Assembly (NCBI GenBank): GCA_035699205.1
Contig: DASSBA010000209.1
Location: 2,062 to 66,061, forward strand
Reading direction: 5' to 3'
DNA length: 64,000 nucleotides
DNA from: Gemmatimonadales bacterium
GTDB taxonomy: Bacteria > Gemmatimonadota > Gemmatimonadetes > Gemmatimonadales > GWC2-71-9
Part shown: positions 8,534-17,188 of the stretch, in pieces
Layout of the letters: the number at the start of each line of letters is the position of its first letter
How positions within the stretch are numbered: position 1 is the first letter of the stretch
Notes under the pieces: model-generated
What the model was told of the DNA's origin: nothing
The model's database searches: none
Seen by the model: only the letters and a program-made list of their open reading frames with translations
Program-made: the position numbers and the translations under genes

Positions 8534-10211
8534 GCTGCTGCCGCACCGCCACCGCCCGCTCGAGCGCGGCCCGGCCGCTGTAGCAGAGGACGCCGATCTC
8601 CACCGTCACCGTGTCGCCCGCGGCGGCGGGGGAGGGTGCTGCGCGTCCGAGCAGCGCTTCGAGCGAAGCCGGGACGGTGCCTCGCTCACGCCTGAGCGAA
8701 TCGTACGAGCGGAAGCTGGCCTCGAGGCCGCCGCCGGGGGCCAGTGATTCGATCGAGACCACCTCGCCGGCTTCGTCGTCGTAGCCGAGGCTTTCGACGG
8801 GCACGATGGGGAGCTCCGGCTGGGCGGCCGCAGCCGCAGGCGACGGCTCGTCGTAGAGCAGCGACGCGATCGGGACGATCGGCAACTCGGACCCGCCCGC
8901 CGGCGCGGGTGAGTGCGCGGGCGCGGCGGCAGGAGCCGGAGCCGCCGCGTGGAGAGATGGGGTCGTCTCGGCCAGGCGCAGGCCGTCGAGCCGATAGGCG
9001 GCGTCGAGGATGCGGCGGGAGATGAGCATGCGGTCGTCCGCGTCGGCTACCGCACGAAGCAGCTCGCCGGCTTCGCGGAGGCAACTCACCAGCGCCGGGG
9101 TGGCACGGGCGGCCACCCCGGCCGCCAGCGCTTCGCGGGCCGAACGGGCGAAGACCACCAGCGCGCCGGCGACGGGGTCGGGCCCCGCCGTGCCCGCCAC
9201 GCGCAGCGTGCCCAGCAGGTGGTAGAGCCGGAGGTCGCGCTCGATGGCGGAGCGGGAGCGCTCGATGAGGTCGGCGCTCTGGCAGAGGTGCTCGCCGTGG
9301 CTCACGAGCTCGAGCGGGCCGAGTGGCGCGGGCGCGGCGAACTGCGGCTGCGCCAGGGGCGGGGTCATCGGCTCGGGATCGCCGGTGAAGAACAGCGACT
9401 CGATCGGCACCACGTCGCGCTCCACGGCAAACGCCCGAAGCAGCAGCTCCGTGAACTGGCGCGCCTCCTCGGACTCCGGCTCGGGCCGGCCCTGCTCGGC
9501 GATGTCGCGCGAGATCCGCGTGAGCGCCAGCGCCGCCGCCGCCATGACTTCGTCCACGCCGGGCGGCGGCGCGAAGAGGCGGGTGAGGTCGCCCACCGCG
9601 AGCTCGATCCCGTCGAGGATTTCGGGGAGGGGGACGAGCTCGCCGAGCTCGGCCAGGCCGCGGAGTGACTGCATGCGGCGGATCACGGTGTAGAGCGGCT
9701 CGCGGTCGGCGGGCGCGGCGCGGAGCGCGCGGGCCGCGCGGTCGAGCGCGCTGGCGATGAGCGCGCCCTCGCGCGCCACGAAAGCCCGGACCCCGGTGTG
9801 GAGCTCGCCGTGCTCGTCGCGCCGCGGCATGGCGTCGGCGGTCCGGCCGGCGAGTGATTCGAGGCTCAGGCCCAGACGCACGCTCCGGGCCGTGTCCGCC
9901 TCGCTCCATTCGCGCACCCGGCGCACGAGCAGCCGGAACTCCTCGACCGCCTGGGTCACCTGCTCGCGGGTGGCCGCATCCCACGGGCGGCGGCCGTCAC
10001 GGTAGGCTCGCGCCACGCCTTCCAGCCCCGCGGCCGCCCGGGCGATCGGCTGCTGACCCGCCATCAGCGCGGATCCGCGCAGCACCCGGGCGGTCCGCAG
10101 GAGCTCCTCGGCGGCCGGCTCGTCCGGCCGGCCGGCCAGCGACTCGAGGCGATCGAGGCACTCGCCCGCTTCGAGGGCGAAGAAGTCCGCCGCGGCCAGG
10201 GGATTGGTCAT
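8436..10211 (-). CDS. Hypothetical protein with HPt-like helical segments that lack the phospho-accepting His
   Basis: 591 aa. The N-terminus (DFFALEAGECLDRLESL...EELLRTARVLRGSALMAGQQPIARAAAGLEGV) resembles a CheA-P1/HPt motif (R..H.lKGsA...G) with Arg in place of His. I do not recognise any other domain. Confidence 0.6.
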   Translation of the reverse strand: MTNPLAAADFFALEAGECLDRLESLAGRPDEPAAEELLRTARVLRGSALMAGQQPIARAAAGLEGVARAYRDGRRPWDAATREQVTQAVEEFRLLVRRVREWSEADTARSVRLGLSLESLAGRTADAMPRRDEHGELHTGVRAFVAREGALIASALDRAARALRAAPADREPLYTVIRRMQSLRGLAELGELVPLPEILDGIELAVGDLTRLFAPPPGVDEVMAAAALALTRISRDIAEQGRPEPESEEARQFTELLLRAFAVERDVVPIESLFFTGDPEPMTPPLAQPQFAAPAPLGPLELVSHGEHLCQSADLIERSRSAIERDLRLYHLLGTLRVAGTAGPDPVAGALVVFARSAREALAAGVAARATPALVSCLREAGELLRAVADADDRMLISRRILDAAYRLDGLRLAETTPSLHAAAPAPAAAPAHSPAPAGGSELPIVPIASLLYDEPSPAAAAAQPELPIVPVESLGYDDEAGEVVSIESLAPGGGLEASFRSYDSLRRERGTVPASLEALLGRAAPSPAAAGDTVTVEIGVLCYSGRAALERAVAVRQQLAAELSRDGGLESIKPLLQELLDLVPLALAES

Positions 10212-10227
10212 GGGATCATGTAAGCTA

Positions 10228-10950
10228 TCAGCGCCCCGCGCCCCGCACCAAGTGGAGCATCTCCTCCACCGCGCCGCGCATTCCCACCATCACCGCCCGG
10301 CTCACGATGCTGTGGCCGATGTTCAGCTCCTCGACCTCGGGGATGGCCGCGACGGGCACGACGTTCCGATAGGTAAGCCCGTGGCCGGCATGCACGAACA
10401 GGCCCATGTCCGCCGCGTGGCGGGCGGCCCGCCGGAGCTCGTCGAGCGGCGCGTCGCTCTCGCGCCAGCCATTGGCATAGCGGCCCGTGTGCAGCTCGAT
10501 CGCGGGAACACCCAGGTCCTTGGCCGCGTCGAGTGCCGACGGGTCGGGGTCGATGAACAGGCTCACCCGCGCGCCGGCCTCCTCCAGCCGGCGGATCGTC
10601 TCGCGCAGCCGGGGACTGGGCCGGCTCAGGTCGAGCCCACCCTCGGTGGTGACCTCCTCGCGGCGCTCGGGCACGAGGGTGGCCTGGTAGGGCCGGAGCC
10701 GGCAGGCGACCGCCAGGACGTCGGGGCTGGTCGCGAGCTCGAGATTGAGCACGCGCACCGCGGGCGCCAGCCGCTCGACGTCCGCGTCCTGGATGTGGCG
10801 CCGGTCCTCGCGCAGGTGCACCGTGATGCCGTCGGCGCCCGCGGCCTCGCACAGCCGCGCCGCCGCGAGCGGGTCGGGCTCATCGGTGCGGCGGGCCTCC
10901 CGGACGGTCGCGACGTGGTCGATGTTGACATAGAGTCGCGGCGGTGTCAT
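10228..10950 (-). CDS. pdxJ: Pyridoxine 5'-phosphate synthase
   Basis: [22 protein letters not shown]...[13 protein letters not shown]...VSLFIDP...IELHTG, typical of PdxJ. Confidence 0.92.
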   Translation of the reverse strand: MTPPRLYVNIDHVATVREARRTDEPDPLAAARLCEAAGADGITVHLREDRRHIQDADVERLAPAVRVLNLELATSPDVLAVACRLRPYQATLVPERREEVTTEGGLDLSRPSPRLRETIRRLEEAGARVSLFIDPDPSALDAAKDLGVPAIELHTGRYANGWRESDAPLDELRRAARHAADMGLFVHAGHGLTYRNVVPVAAIPEVEELNIGHSIVSRAVMVGMRGAVEEMLHLVRGAGR

Positions 10951-11020
10951 TCCGGCATCATTGCTCGGGGCTCCACGGCCGGTTAGTTTCGCACGCTGTC
11001 ACTCGCCCAACGGGATACTC

Positions 11021-11494
11021 GTGATCAAGCGACGGTGGTACGCGGCGCTCGTGCTCCTGGCCGCATGCGGCGGTGGGGCTGGTGCCGGAGCGGTGCGTCC
11101 GGCCAACACGCCAGCCACGGCGGTCCAGGAGTTCATGCGCGCGGTGGCGGACAGCAACCTCGACAAGATGGCCATGCTGTGGGGGACCGCCAAGGGGCCG
11201 GCGGCGCGGACCCGGCAGCCGGCCGACTACGAGCGGCGGATCGTGATCATGCAGACCTACCTGAATCACGACGATTCGCGCATCCTGTCCGATACTCCCG
11301 ACGGCTCCGAAGGCCGTCACATGCTGCAGGTGGAGCTCCGGCGTCAGGCCTGCACCTGGACCGTGCCGTTCGGCCTCGTCCAGCTCGCCGACCAGAGCTG
11401 GATCATCCAGCAGATCGACCTCACCGCTGCCGGGAATCCGGCGCGGCCGTGTAATCCGTCGGCGCAGGACGCCTCGCCCGACAGCACGCGCTGA
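11021..11494 (+). CDS. Hypothetical lipoprotein
   Basis: GTG at 11021 gives VIKRRWYAALVLLAACGGG, a lipobox LLAAC. No recognisable domain. The track ORF starts earlier, at 10961. Confidence 0.6.
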   Translation: MIKRRWYAALVLLAACGGGAGAGAVRPANTPATAVQEFMRAVADSNLDKMAMLWGTAKGPAARTRQPADYERRIVIMQTYLNHDDSRILSDTPDGSEGRHMLQVELRRQACTWTVPFGLVQLADQSWIIQQIDLTAAGNPARPCNPSAQDASPDSTR

Positions 11495-11528
11495 CGCGGG
11501 AACCGGCCGCCCCGCACCTCCTGTTATC

Positions 11529-11924
11529 TTATTCCGTGAGCTCGAGCAGGATGCCGGCGGTCGCCTTCGGATGCACGAAGGCGACCCGGCGCCCGCCGGC
11601 CCCGACGCGCGGCACTTCGTCGATGAGGCGATACCCCGCACGTCGGCAGGCGGCCAGCGCGGCGTCGAGGTCCGGCACGCGATAGCAGACGTGATGGATG
11701 CCGGGGCCGCGGCGCGCGAGGAACCGGGCGATGGGCCCGTCGGGCGCGAGCGGCGCGAGCAGCTCGACGTCGGACTCGCCGAACGGCAGCGACACGATGG
11801 TGGCGCCGTCCGCCTGCTCCGGAGGAGGCGGCGCGAGGCCGAGCACGTCCCGGTAGAAGGCGAGCGCGGCCTCGAGGTCCGGCACGGCAATGCCGACATG
11901 CGCGATGCGGGGACGATCAGCCAC
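11529..11924 (-). CDS. mce: Methylmalonyl-CoA epimerase (VOC/glyoxalase fold)
   Basis: IAHVGIAVPDLEAALAFYRDVLG...GPGIHHVCYRVPDLDAA...VAFVHPKATAGILLELTE. The GTG at 11924 is preceded by GGAGGGA 6 nt upstream. The track start at 11960 is less likely. Confidence 0.85.
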   Translation of the reverse strand: MADRPRIAHVGIAVPDLEAALAFYRDVLGLAPPPPEQADGATIVSLPFGESDVELLAPLAPDGPIARFLARRGPGIHHVCYRVPDLDAALAACRRAGYRLIDEVPRVGAGGRRVAFVHPKATAGILLELTE

Positions 11925-11980
11925 GCGTTCCCTCCGTCGAATTGGACGAGATGGCAACACACCACAGGGAGAATATTATC

Positions 11981-12319
11981 ATGGCCGCGACGAATGCCCC
12001 GACTGTCCACGTCACCGATGCCTCGTTCGCCAGCGAGATCGAGCAGGCCGATGGACTCGTGCTGGTCGACTTCTGGGCGACGTGGTGCGGCCCGTGCCAG
12101 ATCGTGGCCCCCGTGCTCGAACAGCTCGCCGGTGAGTACGCCGGTCGCGCCAAGGTCGCCAAGGTGGATGTCGACGCCAACCAGCGCACCGCAATGCGCT
12201 TCAACGTCCGCTCGATCCCGAGCATCCTCTTCTTCAAGAACGGCCAGCACGTCGATACCGTGATCGGCGCGGTGCCGAAGGCGACGCTGGAGGGGAAGAT
12301 CAAGCAGCACCTGGCATAG
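11981..12319 (+). CDS. trxA: Thioredoxin
   Basis: WCGPCQ active site. The ATG at 11981 is preceded by GGGAGA. The stop TAG is at 12317-12319. Confidence 0.92.
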   Translation: MAATNAPTVHVTDASFASEIEQADGLVLVDFWATWCGPCQIVAPVLEQLAGEYAGRAKVAKVDVDANQRTAMRFNVRSIPSILFFKNGQHVDTVIGAVPKATLEGKIKQHLA

Positions 12320-12392
12320 ACGGAAGGACGGAAAGACGGAAAGACGGAAGGTGCGGCCCTTTCGTCCTTCCGTCTTTCCGTCTTTCCGTCCT
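12319..12392. repeat. Hairpin with tandem 8-mer arms: (GACGGAAR)x4 then (YTTCCGTC)x4
   Basis: Left arm 12319-12351, right arm 12359-12392. One register gives 26 perfect bp (12325-12350 with 12367-12392). An alternative register gives about 32 bp with 2 mismatches and 1 GU around an 8-nt loop. The element fills the trxA-rsmI spacer. Confidence 0.9.
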
Positions 12393-12402
12393 ACCTTTCT
12401 CC

Positions 12403-13236
12403 ATGCCCGGCACCCTCTACGTCGTCGCGACCCCGCTGGGGAACCTGGGCGACCTCTCGCCGCGCGCGGCGGAGCTGCTCCGGACCGTGCCGGTGGTGGC
12501 GGCGGAGGACACTCGCCGGACCCGTGGTCTGCTCTCCCATCTCGGGGCCGCGCCCAGGCTTCTCAGCTACCACGCACACTCGGACGGCCGGCGGCTCGAA
12601 AAGCTGCTCGGGATACTGGCGGAGGGGCGCGACGTCGCCCTCGTCTCCGACGCGGGCACACCCGCGGTGAGCGACCCTGGCGCCGACCTCGTGGCGGCGG
12701 CGCGCGAGGCCGGCGTCGCGGTCGTGCCCATCCCCGGCCCCTCGGCGGTCGCGACCGCGCTCTCGGCCGCGGGCCTCGGCGGCGACCGTTACCTGTTTCT
12801 CGGCTTCATCCCGCGCAAGGGCGGCGAGCGGACCCGACTGCTCGCACGTGCGGCTGCGGAGGAATCGAGCGTCGTGTTCTTCGAGGCGCCGCCCCGGCTG
12901 GCAGACCTGCTGGCGGATCTGACCCGGGCGGCGGGACCCGGACGGCGCGCCGTGGTGGCGCGGGAACTGACCAAGCTCCACGAGGAGTTCCGTGCGGGGA
13001 CGCTCGAGGAGCTTGCGGGCTATTATTCGGAGCATCCGCCGCGCGGGGAGCTCACCATCGTGCTCGAGGGAACCGGCACGCCGCCCGAGCCGCCGGACCG
13101 CACCGAGGATGCCGTGCAGCAGGCCGCTCTACTCCTCGCGGAAGGTCTTACTCGCCGGGAGGTGGTGCGCCGGTTGAGCCAGAGCCTGGGCCTGTCGCGG
13201 AACGATGCCTACCGGCTGGTGATGGAGCTGCCGTGA
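12403..13236 (+). CDS. rsmI: 16S rRNA (cytidine1402-2'-O)-methyltransferase
   Basis: MPGTLYVVATPLGNLGDLSPRAAELL...VAAEDTRRT, tetrapyrrole-methylase fold typical of RsmI. Confidence 0.9.
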   Translation: MPGTLYVVATPLGNLGDLSPRAAELLRTVPVVAAEDTRRTRGLLSHLGAAPRLLSYHAHSDGRRLEKLLGILAEGRDVALVSDAGTPAVSDPGADLVAAAREAGVAVVPIPGPSAVATALSAAGLGGDRYLFLGFIPRKGGERTRLLARAAAEESSVVFFEAPPRLADLLADLTRAAGPGRRAVVARELTKLHEEFRAGTLEELAGYYSEHPPRGELTIVLEGTGTPPEPPDRTEDAVQQAALLLAEGLTRREVVRRLSQSLGLSRNDAYRLVMELP

Positions 13237-13913
13237 TGAGACTGCGCGCGCTCGCGCTCGTGCTGCTGGTCGCGACCGCCGCCGCCGCCCCGCCGCCCCC
13301 CGGCGACGCCGGCGCGGTCATGACCATCGGCCGCCTGCACTACGACGGCGGCGGGGACTGGTACGCCAACCCCTCGAGCCTGCCGAACCTCCTCACCGCC
13401 ATCCGGACCCGCACCGGACTGCGGGTCACCGCGGAGGAAAAGGTCGTCACGCTCGATGACGACGAGCTCTGGAACGTGCCCTACATCTACATGACCGGGC
13501 ACGGCAACGTGCACTGGAGCGACCGGGACCTGGCGACGCTGCGCCGCTATCTCCTGCAGGGCGGGTTCCTCCATGCGGACGACAACTACGGGATGGACGC
13601 GTCGATCCGCCGAGAGCTGGCGCGACTCTTCCCCGACCATCCCCTGGTCGAGGTCCCGCTGGACCACCCGGTGTATCACCTGGTATTCGACTTCCCCAAG
13701 GGGATTCCCAAGATCCACCAGCACGACGGCAAGCCGGCGCAGGGATTCGGCATCTTTCTCGACGGCCGCCTCGCCGTGTACTACTCCTACCAGTCCGACC
13801 TCGGGGACGGGTGGGAGGATTTCGAGGTGCATCATGATCCGCCGGCCAAGCACGAGGCGGCGCTCCGCATGGGTGTGAATCTCTTCGCCTACGCCGTGGG
13901 GTACGGGGGGTGA
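13236..13913 (+). CDS. DUF4159 domain protein (secreted)
   Basis: MRLRALALVLLVATAAAA signal, then GRLHYDGGGDWYANPSSLPNLL...PYIYMTGHGNV...GGFLHADDNYGMD, as in the DUF4159 family. The start ATG overlaps the rsmI stop by 1 nt (sequence TGATG). Confidence 0.75.
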   Translation: MRLRALALVLLVATAAAAPPPPGDAGAVMTIGRLHYDGGGDWYANPSSLPNLLTAIRTRTGLRVTAEEKVVTLDDDELWNVPYIYMTGHGNVHWSDRDLATLRRYLLQGGFLHADDNYGMDASIRRELARLFPDHPLVEVPLDHPVYHLVFDFPKGIPKIHQHDGKPAQGFGIFLDGRLAVYYSYQSDLGDGWEDFEVHHDPPAKHEAALRMGVNLFAYAVGYGG

Positions 13914-16900
13914 CGTCGCCGGCCACCGAGCTCGCCCTCCGGCGCCTCGCGCGGCCGCTGCGGGCTCGCGCCGCGGCGGGCTGGGTTGCGCTGGCGCTCG
14001 GCGGTGGCGCGCTCGTGCTGGGCGCCGCCGCCTGGGCCGTGCGGATCGGCTGGCTGGAGGCGCCCTATTGGGTCCTCGCGGCCTGGGGCGCCGTGACCGC
14101 GCTGCTGGCCGGCGCGGCGTACGGCGCGTGGAGCCTGCGGGGGCGGCTGTCGGCCGGCGGGATCGCCGGCCGGCTCGAGGAACTCGGGGCCTGGCGCAGG
14201 GGCGCGTTGACCACCCTGCTCGACCGATCCGCCGCCGGCACGAGCGACGTGCTGCTGGCGCTGGCCGACCGGGTGCAGGCGGACGCCGTGGCCAGCCGCG
14301 GTCCCGCGGCCGCCGCACCGCTGGCCCGGCCGGTGCGCGCCCTCGGCCTGGCCGGCCTGGGAGTGCTCGTTGCCGGTGTGGCGGCCTTCGGCTCGGCCGG
14401 GCCGGTGCACGGGCCCGCGGCCGCACTCTGGCACCCCCGCCGCGCCTGGGCGGCCACGCTGGCGCCGCTGCGCCTGCGGCCCGCGCAAGCGGTGGTTGAT
14501 CGCGGCGACTCCACGGAACTGGCGCTCGAGGCGTTCGGCCGTCGGAACGCAACGCTGTGGCTGCGCGCGCCCGGCGAGGGATGGCGCCCCCGTCCCGTCC
14601 GCCTCGACTCCCTCGGTCGGGCGACAGTGACGACCGGACCACTCCAGAGCGACCTCTCCGCCCGCCTCACCAGCGGGAGCCGCTCGTCGGACACCGTGCT
14701 CGTCCGGGTGCGCCTGCCCGTCTTCCTCGGGACGCTCAGCGTCACCGCCCATTACCCCGCCTACCTGGGCCTCGAAGCCGAGCCGGTGCCGACCGGCGGC
14801 GACACGCTCCTGCTTCCGGCCGGGACGCGCCTGGAGACCCGCGGCGCGGCCACCGCGCCCCTGGCCAGCGCCGCCTGGGCCGCCGGAACGCGCACGGCCA
14901 CGCTCCAGGTGAAGGCGGGTCACTTCAGCGGCAGCTTCGTCCCGGTTGCCTCGGGGGAATACCGCCTGGCCCTGGCCACCGCGGGCGGCGTGCCGCTTAC
15001 CTCGGACACGGTGAGGCTGCCGATCCGTCTCGTCGCCGACAGCGCGCCCCGGGTGGACGTGCCGGTGCCCGGTGCGGACACTCTCGCGCCGATCAGTCTC
15101 CAGGTTCCGCTGGTGCTCGACGTCCGGGACGACCACGGCATCACGAGTGTCGCCATCGAGAGCCGACGCATCAGCCGGCTCGGCCTGGTGGACTCCGCGC
15201 GGCGGGACGTCGTCGAGCTCCCCTCGGGCACCCCCGACCGCGCCATCCTCACGCACACGCTCGACCTCACCCGCCGCGGCCTGCTTCCGGGCGATACGGT
15301 GCGCTATTCCGCCGTGGCCGCCGACAACACGCCGCGGCGCCAGATCGGTCGCTCGCGGGAGTATGTCCTCCGGCTGCCGACGATGAGCGAGGTGCGCGCG
15401 GCGGAGCGGCTTGCGACCGAGGCTGTCGGCAGCCGGCTCGACTCGGTGACCGCCGCCAGCCGGGAGCTGGAGCGGCAGACCGACGACCTCTCACGCGAAC
15501 GCCTCCGCTCCTCGGACGCTCGCGGCCAGAGGGACGCCCGGTCGCTGCCGTTCCAGGACGCCAAGCGGGCCGAGGCGGTAGCCCAGTCGCAGCAGGCGCT
15601 GATGCAACAGGCGGAGGGGCTGAAACAGTCGCTCGAGGCGCTCCGGAAGAGCGCCGAGGCGGCGGGCCTGGGCGACACCGCCTGGCAACGGCAGCTCGCC
15701 GAGATCGGGCGGGAGCTGGACCGCGCGCTTTCCCCCGAGCTGCGCGCCCGGCTGCAGGAGCTGCAGCAGGCGCTCAAGCAGCTCGATGCCGAACGGACCC
15801 AGGAGGCCCTGCAGCAGTTGGCCGAAAAGCAGCAGGAAGTGCGCGAGGCGCTGGAGCGGAGTCGCGAGCTCTTCCGCCGCGCCGCGCTGGAGGGCGACCT
15901 GGCCAACCTGGGCAGGGAGTCCAGGGAGCTGGCGCAGGAGCAGCATGAATGGAATCGCCACGTCGAGCGCGCGGACTCCTCTCACTCGGCTCAGGCGGAG
16001 CGTCAGCTCGCGGAGCGGGCCGACTCGCTCGCGGCCGCGCTCGACCGGCTTGGCAAGGCGGTGGGCGACTCGGGACGCCAGGCGCGGCTCGATGCCGCCG
16101 GCGAGCAGGCCGGGCGGGCCGGGAGGCAGATGCGGCAGGCAGCCAGCGCGAGCGAGCGGGGACAGCGGCCGCAGGCCAGGCAGCAGGGGGAGCAGGCCGA
16201 ACAGTCGCTGGCACCCCTGGGCGAGCGGCTGCAGCAGGAGCGTGAGGGGATGCAGCAGGAGTGGCGGCAGGAGGTCGTCACCGCCATCGATCAGGCGCTC
16301 GCGGAGACCAGCCGGCTCGCCGAGCGCCAGCTCGCCGTGCAGGAACAGCTTCAGAGCGGCGGCGACGCCGGGAGCGGTCTCAGGGCGGAGCAGGGTGCCA
16401 TCGAGGAAGGCGTGCAGCGACTGCTCGACCAGATGCGCAAGACGGCCGGAAAAAATGCGCTGGTATCTCCGGGGATCGGCACCGCACTGGGCGCGGCCCA
16501 GCGCCAGATGCAGCGGACTCGCGAGGCGATTGCGAGCGCCATCCCCAACACCCGCGAGGGCGCCGAGCAGGCCGGCGGGGCGGTGGACGCGCTCAACGCC
16601 ACCGCCTACCAGCTCGTGCGGGCACGTGGGGACGTGTCGGGCTCCGCCTCGGGCTCGGGGCTGGCGGAAGCGCTCGAGCGCATGGCGCAGTTGGCCAAGC
16701 AGCAGGGCGGGCTGGGGCGCCAGGGCGCCGGCCTGCTTCCGATGGCGGGCAACGGCGCCATCCGCGAGCAGCTCCGCCAGCTGGGTGCCCGGCAACAGGC
16801 GCTCGCCGAGGAGCTCCAGAAGTTGCGGGGCGGCGGGAACCTGCCGGGGGCGGGCGAGATGGCCGAGGAGGCGGAGGACCTCGCGAAGCGGATGGAAGCC

Positions 16901-17188
16901 GGAAGAATCGATCGCCGGATCGTGGAGCGCCAGGAGCGGCTGTTCCGCCGCATGCTCGATGCGGGCCGCACGCTTCAGGGAAGGGAGGAGGACGAGCGCA
17001 AGGAGCGGCAGAGCACTCCCGGCATCGAGGACAGCGTGCACCTGCCGCCGGCGCTGCGTGCCAGACTGCTCGGCGACGACGACCGCCTGCGCGTGCCCAC
17101 CTGGGAAGAGCTGCAGCAGCTCTCGCCCGAGGAGCGCCGGCTGGTGGTGGACTACTTCCGCCGGCTCTCCGAGCCGGAGGCGCGGTGA
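13910..17188 (+). CDS. Large membrane-anchored protein with a long Q/E/R/A-rich coiled-coil C-terminal half (DUF4175-like)
   Basis: 1092 aa with N-terminal TM helices, a central beta-rich region, then about 550 aa of helical low-complexity sequence ending ...RLFRRMLDAGR...DYFRRLSEPEAR. The DUF4175 assignment rests on remembered family architecture, not a search. Confidence 0.65.
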   Translation: MTSPATELALRRLARPLRARAAAGWVALALGGGALVLGAAAWAVRIGWLEAPYWVLAAWGAVTALLAGAAYGAWSLRGRLSAGGIAGRLEELGAWRRGALTTLLDRSAAGTSDVLLALADRVQADAVASRGPAAAAPLARPVRALGLAGLGVLVAGVAAFGSAGPVHGPAAALWHPRRAWAATLAPLRLRPAQAVVDRGDSTELALEAFGRRNATLWLRAPGEGWRPRPVRLDSLGRATVTTGPLQSDLSARLTSGSRSSDTVLVRVRLPVFLGTLSVTAHYPAYLGLEAEPVPTGGDTLLLPAGTRLETRGAATAPLASAAWAAGTRTATLQVKAGHFSGSFVPVASGEYRLALATAGGVPLTSDTVRLPIRLVADSAPRVDVPVPGADTLAPISLQVPLVLDVRDDHGITSVAIESRRISRLGLVDSARRDVVELPSGTPDRAILTHTLDLTRRGLLPGDTVRYSAVAADNTPRRQIGRSREYVLRLPTMSEVRAAERLATEAVGSRLDSVTAASRELERQTDDLSRERLRSSDARGQRDARSLPFQDAKRAEAVAQSQQALMQQAEGLKQSLEALRKSAEAAGLGDTAWQRQLAEIGRELDRALSPELRARLQELQQALKQLDAERTQEALQQLAEKQQEVREALERSRELFRRAALEGDLANLGRESRELAQEQHEWNRHVERADSSHSAQAERQLAERADSLAAALDRLGKAVGDSGRQARLDAAGEQAGRAGRQMRQAASASERGQRPQARQQGEQAEQSLAPLGERLQQEREGMQQEWRQEVVTAIDQALAETSRLAERQLAVQEQLQSGGDAGSGLRAEQGAIEEGVQRLLDQMRKTAGKNALVSPGIGTALGAAQRQMQRTREAIASAIPNTREGAEQAGGAVDALNATAYQLVRARGDVSGSASGSGLAEALERMAQLAKQQGGLGRQGAGLLPMAGNGAIREQLRQLGARQQALAEELQKLRGGGNLPGAGEMAEEAEDLAKRMEAGRIDRRIVERQERLFRRMLDAGRTLQGREEDERKERQSTPGIEDSVHLPPALRARLLGDDDRLRVPTWEELQQLSPEERRLVVDYFRRLSEPEAR

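Noticed and set aside
12319-12392. Could the short tandem repeats (here and at the five other hairpins) be a CRISPR array or a minisatellite?
   Set aside because: The units are only 7-8 nt with no spacers, occur 2-5 times, and are always followed by their own reverse complement. That is a hairpin, not a repeat-spacer array. No cas genes are present in the window.
12351-13913. 520-aa track ORF spanning the hairpin, rsmI (out of frame) and the DUF4159 gene.
   Set aside because: Only its last 225 codons (from 13236) show DUF4159-like sequence. The upstream part is Arg/Gly/Pro-rich, begins inside the hairpin loop, and overlaps the well-supported rsmI frame.
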